Shown in pieces: positions 51,261-64,000 of a stretch of DNA of 64,000 bases. Position numbers and translations under genes: made by a program. The notes under the pieces were generated by a model. It had not been told where the DNA came from, ran no database searches, and saw only the letters and a list, made by a program, of their open reading frames with translations. The stretch is from the human T2T-CHM13v2.0 reference genome, Homo sapiens. Position 1 is the first letter of the stretch. Each line of letters begins with the position of its first letter. Location of the stretch: the NCBI RefSeq assembly GCF_009914755.1, contig NC_060941.1; one strand, given 5' to 3'.

Positions 51261-51554
51261 TAAATGTCCCTTTTTCAAGATTTGTACTGAAATCTCTGAA
51301 TGCATAAAAAATGTCTCTATAAACTTCCCAGCAAGTCAACAGTGAGGAACTCACTAACTGGTTATCAACATAAGCAGTTTCAGCAAGAACCAGGCTTATA
51401 TATAAACCCCAAAATAATGGAAGAATGAAATTAGATGTATGCACGAGGTAAGAGGGATCTATTTTAACTGCAACTCCCAAGTTTCCATGAGCAATTTCAG
51501 TGACCTTTGTTTCTATATCAAAAGCAGAGGGAGTGGGGGAGCATGGATTTAATG

Positions 51555-51960
51555 ATTCAGTCAACAAGCTCTGAGAGCCTACAATGTGCCAGGCCCTGTT
51601 TCTGGCATGCACATGGGATAGGGGAGAGTAACAAAAGGGATGAAGATTCCTGCCTTGTGGAGTTTCCACTTCAGCTGGAGAAGACTGACCATGCGTAATA
51701 AACATAATGAGTAGGTTCCCGGGGGATGAGCATTATTGGGAGTCAAGCAGGGTAAGGGTGGCAAGCAGAGAGGAGGGGGGCACTGGCTGCTCAAGCAAAC
51801 AGGGGAAGTCTTGTCGAGAGAGTGCGGGAACTGAGCATGAGGTTATTTGGAGGAAAAGCATCCCTAGCACAGTGAATAGCTGGAGAAAGGCCCGAGCTGG
51901 GGAGCGTGCCTGGTGTGTACCAAGCACCGCAAGGAGTTTGCTGAGTGCATGAGCAGAGGG
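51555..51960 (-). mobile_element. L2 3' portion
   Basis: attcagtcaacaa...tgagagcctacaatgtgccaggccctgtttct...cctgccttgtggagttt...aaagcatccctagcacagtgaatagc. Confidence 0.75.
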
Positions 51961-52773
51961 GCATGGGTATCCCTGATGGGTCCCAAGGAACAGGAGCAGG
52001 ATCACCGGGAGGCCCTCCCTGAGGCATCAGTAGACTCAAAGAGAAGCCTTCCTCAGTGGACCATGGAACACACCCAGAAAACGGGGCTCCTTCTAAAGGT
52101 AGACCCCAAAGTCTAGGTTGGAATCCCTATTTCTTTTGGGATATCATAAACCCATAAAATAAATATTTCAATTATAATTCTAAAAATCTTTTTAGAATTT
52201 AATTTCCTCCATGCTTTGTCACTGCAGTCTGGACACAGAGAAATCGCAGAAGTCTTTGTCAAAGTTAGAGAACAAGTTGAAGAAGTCTCCGTCTTCAATA
52301 AATCAGTAAAAGCCAGTGTGGAGTAGAGGAGACAAGCCTGAAGTGGGCTATTCAGAAGTCCAAGAGGGTTTCAATGCCAAGCAAAACAAATGGCAAGCCC
52401 TCAAAAGCTGTATCTGACTCTATTTTATTGTCAGTTTGCTGTCCTGACTAAACAGAAGGTTTAGTCAGGATGGTCCCCCAGATGGTCCCCCAGAAGACAA
52501 ACACCAAGAGGTGCCACAGCACAAGACAGTGGTGTTTCCAGGGCTCCCTGGATGTGCTCCCCAAGAACCAGAGTCCACAGCTGAGCTGAGAGCAGGCAAA
52601 TGATCACAACTTGATTTTTTTTAAATCCTGCAATAGCATGAATAAAGTGGCACAAATCCAAGTCCTAAAGTCTATTTTTGAACCTGCAAAGCTAGAGGGT
52701 CTTGTCTTGAGATCCTTGGTGACCCTACCACAGTACTCACATTCCAATGAGGCCCTGTCAAAAACCAGCCTTA

Positions 52774-52909
52774 GGCTGTGCACGGTGGCTCAAACCTGTA
52801 ATCCCAGCACTTTGGGGGTGGGAGGATCGTCTGAGCCCAGGAGTTTGAGACCAGCCAGGGCAACATAGTGAGATCCCATCTCTACAGAAAAAAAAAAAAA
52901 AAAAAAAAA
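52774..52909 (+). mobile_element. FLAM/Alu monomer
   Basis: Monomer plus A tail. Another monomer lies at 53987-54105. Confidence 0.88.
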
Positions 52910-54321
52910 GCCAGCCCCTCCTCTAGCAGGAGACAAAGCTTCCAAGTCAGGACTTCGGGCAGGAAGACTCTGGGAGCTGCTCTGTAACTCCCTGGAAGAA
53001 ACATTATTCTGCTAGTGTTCTCCTGTCTCACTGTTAAATGAGTTCTTTCAGCAGCCTTTTTATTTAGTCATAAAGGGCAAAAAGGCTAAGAGAAGCCATG
53101 AAAAGACCCCTGAAAATGGCTGAGAGACAAGCTCAGTAAGATTCGTTAACCTTTACCTGGTTACCTGGATTTCTCATAAATTCTAGTGGCCCAACCACAA
53201 AACATGTTCTGGCTCCAGGGAATCATCAAAGGCCAGGCTGAGTAATTCTTGTTGCCACAACATCAAACCCAGTTTACCAGAGTCCCTGGAAGGAAACAGC
53301 AGCCCCTAAACTAAATGCTACCCGGGGGATTAAGGAAAAAGATACTGCCTTTACTGCATGATCCTACAAACTCCTCAAATTTCAACCCTAAGATTAACAA
53401 TGGCTCTTTCAATGTAAATGTGTTTAATAACCAGCAACACAGGTTTAACCAAAACTCTGTCCAAACTATATCAAGATACAAAACTCTGTATCCACTCCCA
53501 GAAGAAAGAACGTTTAGAAAGTACATAAATTCATCTCTGAGAGGTCTGAGAAAAAGAAAAAACAATGAAAAGACATAAATAGCATATAAGGTATGTAAAA
53601 GTACAAGACATAAAAATGAAGAGGGGGGTGTGAATGAGCAGCCAGTATAGAAAAAGCCCATTCAAAGCATGGCCTGTGCATGGAGCCTGAGAAATCTAGC
53701 TTGTGGTGCCAGCTCAACCACTCAGCAGCTATGTCCCTTTAGAATCTCTCTACTTCTCCATTTCCTCACCTATAAAATCAGTACAGTATTTGTTGCCACC
53801 CACAGGGTAACTGTGAGGGTTCAATGAGAACTTACGAAAAATGTTCAGCAATGAACTTCATGTGCAGCAAGCAGTTAACTGCTAGTGTGGGAACAGCTAG
53901 AGCAGTGACACCTACTCTGGCATGTTCCCATCTCACTTCATCCCAGTAGGTAACTGCCTGTTGGGTTTGCTCAAAAGTACGTCTCAGCCGGGCATGGTGT
54001 CTCACGCCTGTAATCCCAGCACTTTGGGAGTCCGAGATGGGAAGACTGCTTGAGGCCAGGAATTCAAGACCAGCCTGATCAACATAGTGAATCCCCATGT
54101 CTAAATTTTTTAAAACCATTTTTTTTAAAGTACATCTCACTCAGAACACAGTGAAAGCTGAAAGTCCCCAGGCTCCCATAGCATTTGTTGGTATTTCCAC
54201 CATAGCAAATTTCCACGTGAACCGCCCTACACTGTGAGCTTCTGGAAAGCAGGGCCTATATCTTAAAATTCTTCACAGCCTGAGCATAAAGCAAATACCC
54301 TGACACAAAGAATTTAAAAAG

Positions 54322-54440
54322 TCTGAACAAACGGATGAATAGATGAACAAATGGATGAATAGATGAACAAATGGATGGTTGAATAGATGAATAAACGGAT
54401 GGTTGAATAGATGAACAAACGGATGGTTGGATAGATGGGA
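54322..54440. repeat. Minisatellite-like array of about 20-24-bp units (gaatagatgaacaaatggatggtt)
   Basis: About five degenerate units. Confidence 0.85.
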
Positions 54441-55199
54441 AACAATTTAAATGGCAAGAAAAAGAATCCAGTGTTTTTTTCAAGCCATAATGATTGCAGT
54501 GATAAGTGAATGGTGATAAAAGTTTAAAAATTAGAGAGGTCTAGAGGTAACACCAGAATGAAAGGGCCAGGAGCAAGTCTCGGACATGCTGAATCTTGGA
54601 CAATGATGGGATATCCAAGGGGAAATGTGCAGGAAGCACTTGAAAATGCCAGAATGCAGCTAAGATTCAAACGTTCTCTTAATTTCAATCTTAGGGCTGT
54701 TGGAAATAATATTTCAGAGAATTAGAGAACACAAAAGAAAGGAAGTTAAACAGGTTTCAAAAACACATATAGTCTGCAGCTGCTGTGTACAGAAGCCAGA
54801 ACAGACAAAATGAAATGTGAGACCGATCGTCCTGGAGGTTTACAACACATCACATATGAATGTTTTCATTCAAGACTGGCTCGGAATCATTGTCCAAAGG
54901 TATAAAAAGGAGTCTATAAATACTCTTAATATCCCCCAGAAAAATACAAAAAGCTCTCCACTCTGCAACTTCCAGCTCCTGCCCTCTCTCTCTTTCCATT
55001 TACCATCTAGTTACCTGAAGAGTTATATACATTTGCCTTCAAAGTTTCCCTTTCAGATCTCTTCCTCTACCCAGCCCTTCAGTGGTGGTATTCCAAGACG
55101 ACATCCTTGGACTCCTCAATCAGCCCGTGGCATCACCCACTCCCTGGGTTCCACTCCCACTCCTGCGTTGATCATCTCTGGAGTTGCAGGTTCAAATTC

Positions 55200-56500
55200 A
55201 ACTATTTAAATGGGTCTCTCAAAGTGGACACTGTACAAGTACCACAAAACTCCAGAGATTACGTCCAAAACCGAAGTCCTATTCTCAGTATGGAAACTCT
55301 CCAAGCAGTCATCCAAAGACAGAAACCTGGTGCTCACCTTCGTCACCCTGTCTCTTTCATCTCCTTTCAATGCTATGTCCCTCCCAAACACTGGCAACCA
55401 AATCCATCAATTTCATGTCCTTCACTGGTCCTGTATTTTTTCTCTCCTACCTCCTACTCCCACAGCCTGAATTCAAGCCCTCATCACCTAGCTCACCTAT
55501 CTCCAAAAATTCCTTAAGGGTCTCTCCACTGCCAATCTGAGCCACACTAAGTCAGAAGAATCTTTCTAAAATGCAACAGAATGCTCTGCTTCTCCCTCTC
55601 CTTGCCTCCACCTGCTTCCTTTCTCTCTCCCTTCCCCCTCTTGGCAAAAATAAAAAATAAAAATAAAAAAAAGAACGGGCGCAGTGCCTCACACCAGCAC
55701 CTTGGGAGATGGAGGTTGGCAAATCACTTGAGGCCAGGAGATCAAGACCAGCCTGGCCAACATGGCAAAACCCAGTCTCTACTAAAAATACAAAAACTAG
55801 CCAGGTGTGGTGGCACATGCCTGTAATCACAGCTACTCAGGAGGCTGAGGCACGAGAATCACTTGAACCCAGGAGGCAGAAGTTGCAGTGAGCTGACATC
55901 ACGCCACTGCACTCCAGCCTAGGCAACAGAGCAAGACTATGTCTCAAAAAAAAAAAAAGCAAAATAATCAGCATAAAATATCCCTGGTTTAAACCCTCTC
56001 ATAGCTCCGTGTCCCACAGAATAAGTCCTGTGTAACAACACATACTGAAGCCCCCCATAACTGTCCCCCATTTCTCTAACCCTGCCTCTGGCCTCCTCCC
56101 TCTGCTCACAGCCTACTCTCCAGGCACAAAGAACCATTTGTAGCTCCCCAAGTGGCGAAACTGCTTCACACCTCCTGTCCTCTCATTCTCTTTGCTTTGA
56201 TATATACTTCTTTGCAATGTTCTCCTACTTGGCACTAACTCATCTTTCACAATCCAGCCCAAGGGCCAGCTCCTCTACAAACTCTCCCCTGGCCAATCCA
56301 GTGCCATCCCAGCGCCAGTGGAACTGGCACTGCTCTCCTTGGTTTACCTACATTTTTCATGCACACACCTGCCACATCTACTGTGACACGCTCCTTCACA
56401 GCTTGCTGCCATGTTTGTCTCCTCCTTCTAGACTCAAAGCATCGGTGACAACAGGGACTACATGGTATGAAATGATCACTCATGCTTGTTGACTGAATAA
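55200..56500 (+). mobile_element. L2 remnant split by Alu 55676-55958
   Basis: Pyrimidine-rich L2 body (ccagaagaatctttctaaaatgca...tttaaaccctctcatagctcc) ending atgcttgttgactgaata. Confidence 0.6.
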
Positions 56501-56518
56501 ACCATTACAAACTACTCA

Positions 56519-57572
<1,054 letters not shown>

Positions 57573-57645
57573 TAGATTTAACAATGCCAGGTAAGGGCAC
57601 GCTTCTGAAATAGAAGCCTTGAAGACTCAAGAAAAGGTAGAAAAT

Positions 57646-58622
<977 letters not shown>

Positions 58623-59281
58623 TCACTAAAGAAAGCAGCTAATAACCATCTCACTACCATAAAAGCAGAAATATACAATGTCACGCTATCCTGGATAATG
58701 AGGAGTCATAGAAATCCCCTACATACCCTTCACTGCTTTTGTGTTTTTCTGAAGTTAATGCAAACAGAGAAGCAAAACAACATTACCAGCAGTTTCAGAG
58801 GATGTGGGATTCACTTCTTGATCATTTCTAAATAATTTTCCACCTCCTCCATGCCTCTATGATTGCAACTGAAACTAAATTGCAACAATAATTAGAGACA
58901 ATCAAGTAGTGTGGCAACGGAGCAAATGGACAGGTTCAGGCAAAGTTCTTTTCTTTAGAAGCCCACTCTGAAGACTTTCATCTTGGAGAGGAGAGCAGGA
59001 AAGGTGTGGAACAATAACAGGAAAGCAGACTCGACCAGACTCGACACGGCTCTCAAGTTGAAGTCTTCCACCGGTCCAGCACAATACACAGAGATGTTTC
59101 ATCCCTTTCATCTCTCCTGTTCCAAATGACCTATGATGTGTGCCCCCCATACTTGAAATAAGAAGGCAATCTTCTAATTCTTACTATAGAATAAGTGTCC
59201 TAACTGATCGTGAATGCAAGAAATACTGAAGAAAAAATCTGTTTGACATAATCTCTTTTGATTAACACATGGAACATTTAG

Positions 59282-59932
<651 letters not shown>

Positions 59933-59992
59933 TGAAACTGAACAGTTTATCATTATAACCCAGACCAATACAATCTGTTTAATTCACAGGAA

Positions 59993-60443
<451 letters not shown>

Positions 60444-62653
60444 ATTAAATTAAATTAAATTTTCTAAAAATCTATTTAATTCACAATTTCTTCTCGTAAG
60501 GAAACATTTTGTAGTTGGCCAGAAGACAATATATGGGTTGAGAGATCTTTCATCTTTAAAAGAAAAATTAAAAGAAAGGTAAACGACTGTTACAATTAGC
60601 CAAAATCTAACCTAAACCCCAGTCAAAACTGATACACATTTTCCCCATGCTTAAAACAGTGACAAAAACCTGTAAATCACTTTATTTGATAGAAAAGAGT
60701 TAACCTAAGTTAAGTAAATAAACCATCATTTCTTATGATGTAGCCAGTTCATAATACACAAATATGCAAAATAAAAATTTTTTTCAATCCAGCTAGTGAT
60801 CAGTAGATTTAATAAGTCACCATTTTGTAACCACCAAATTCAGTTTGTTTGCTTGTTTGTTTTAAAAAAAAACTTTTAAAATGTTGATCCTCACTGAGGG
60901 CACATTTGCACTATTACAGGTACGTGTACTGATACATTGCTAAGAAAAGAGTAAATTGGTGCAGCCCTTTTGGAAAAAGTTGGCACCAGACATCAAGAAT
61001 TCTAAAAATGTTTATACTCTGACATGTTCATGTCACCCTGAGAATATATCTTAAAGACCACAAAGTGTGTATAATTATGGCAACCTTATGTTCCAGATTT
61101 TCTAAGAAGGTGTTCACTGTAAATAATTGTGTTCTTTTCAATAAAGGCAAATCAGTAAGTTAGTAACTAAGTTTGAGAATAATGGAAGTCATCCATATCA
61201 TAGAAAAACAAAGAAAACGGGTTCTGCATGGGGTCAAACATGCACAGAAGTGTTCTGGTTTCTGTTTGAAATGGAGAGTTGAGGAAAAAAACTCAAACTC
61301 ACCACATATTAACTTTTTACAAGATGGAACTTGGTTCAATCCATTATTCCCTCCACAGTTGCTGAGCTGCCTCTGTAGGGCCCCAGGCACCATGCCTATT
61401 CTGGAGACATGGTGATGAAAAGGCAAATCTTTCTTAAATGCAACAGGCTCCTCTCCCCAGCCCGCAGCAGCACCCAGACATGCCAGTGCCCAGACCTTAT
61501 TTTTCTTGTTGAATCTTCTCACCACCCACACACAGGTCTCCATGGTACAGCATGACAGCTCTTCCTATAATTCTGATATAAATCCTCCTTTTATCCAGAG
61601 TCTTTGGTCACAAACCGTAATACATACATGTGAAATGTTCCCAAATCTTGAGTAGACACTCAAGATTATGCCTGTGAGAAAACTCCTTTCCATGAAAACA
61701 CAGAAGAAACTACTCTCTTTTCTTATCAAACCCCCGAAGTACCCACCAGGGCATTCGGCATGGGAAATCGGGTTAGAACTGCCGCAAGGCACTGCTCCCT
61801 CAGACAGCCCACCACCTGTGGCTGGCATAACGGCCCTGGACTTGCTGCCTGCTTTCCCTCTGTGCCACTAGGCACCCACCCCTGCAGTCACCCCAGCTCC
61901 CGAGGCATCACACCATCCACAGACCACAGGGTTAGTCCTCCTGAGGTCCCTCTGTGTGTTATGACACCACACCTAACCCGGCACAGAAACCAGGCTGAAC
62001 ACCCTGACAGTCTCCTGTGGCCCATGAAGATTGGGGGGGCCGCTGGGGGTTAGGGGAAGAGGAGAGATGGAAGGAAGTTACTAATTAAGAGTGATCTTGA
62101 AAGCCTCGGGTGCTAAGGGTCTTTTTTCTTTTTACCCCTGTCCTGAGTATTCCCTTATATCCTTCCCTCAAAGGCCAAAGCTAGAGACAGCAGATACGTT
62201 TTTATGCAATTGGACCTCAATGCTTCTCGAAATATGCGAATGAACAACTTTCTTGAATGTCTTACCCCACCACTCTTCCTCTACAGAGAAAGTGAAACCT
62301 CGTTTTTTTAATTCTTGCTGAAAACACTGCTATTTTAACTTGAAATTTGTTCTTTCTTGTTTTAGATAATGAATTAGTTCTACCTTTCCTGCTTTAGATA
62401 ATCAATCTGGGAACTCAATGTAAAAATTACATCAAAGGCAAATAAAAAGTAAGGTATTTCAGAAGCTGAATAAGTAAAGGACATTTGCAGACGTCTCTTC
62501 CTTTTCATTTGAAAACTCACCTAAAAATTATTTTAAAATTCTCTGTTGACAACTTCCCTAATTGAAGCTAACTTCTTGAAAGGAACAAAAATAAGACATG
62601 CATTTGCTATAATGAACATGATAGACTCCAGCAACTTTCATTTTAAATGTTTA

Positions 62654-63527
<874 letters not shown>

Positions 63528-63643
63528 TTACGATTTTTTTCTTTTTCCTGAGCAGAATAGTATTTTCTTAAGTTAATGGTTTGTCTGGTGGGACTCCACA
63601 GTGCCATAAACAGTTTTTTTTTTTTTAAAAAAAGAAACCAATA

Positions 63644-64000
<357 letters not shown>

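Noticed and set aside
52467-52495. Micro-duplications (gatggtcccccag x2; also 21318-21341 and about 59026-59046)
   Set aside because: Ordinary slippage events with no functional hint.
54322-54440. Repeat array that might resemble a CRISPR array
   Set aside because: Degenerate GGAT/GAAT-derived units without unique spacers, in primate DNA.
61644-61667. Perfect 10-bp hairpin aatcttgagt-agac-actcaagatt; also a 14-bp palindrome at 24998-25011
   Set aside because: Too short for a pre-miRNA and plausible by chance in 64 kb.

Overview
Primate, almost certainly human, genomic DNA with about 59 Alu/FLAM copies or fragments plus old L1/HAL1, L2, MIR, LTR and DNA-transposon fossils. It contains no complete gene. 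Nearly all ORFs in the supplied track are Alu-derived or chance. One small minus-strand coding exon (23642-23615, MVLKTEEED plus a phase-1 GTGAGT donor) matches my recollection of an alternative cytohesin-1 N-terminus, which places the window inside the large first intron of CYTH1 (minus strand; identified from memory, not by a search). Main finding: a second minus-strand exon at 10234-10135 has a perfect Kozak ATG and a phase-1 donor in the same frame. It would encode a 33-aa Cys-cluster N-terminus (MASDVESCDLPRL*CCCPGLARTLGPQERGLTV), but one in-frame TGA interrupts it. It looks like a recently inactivated, possibly palmitoylated CYTH1 N-terminal isoform now reduced to a uORF. Other findings: a 229/230-identical tandem duplication, an L1-retrotransposed polyadenylated LTR-transcript end with a long target-site duplication (TSD), close inverted AluY pairs, nested Alus, and CTCF motifs. 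Repeat family names and boundaries were assigned by eye and are approximate.
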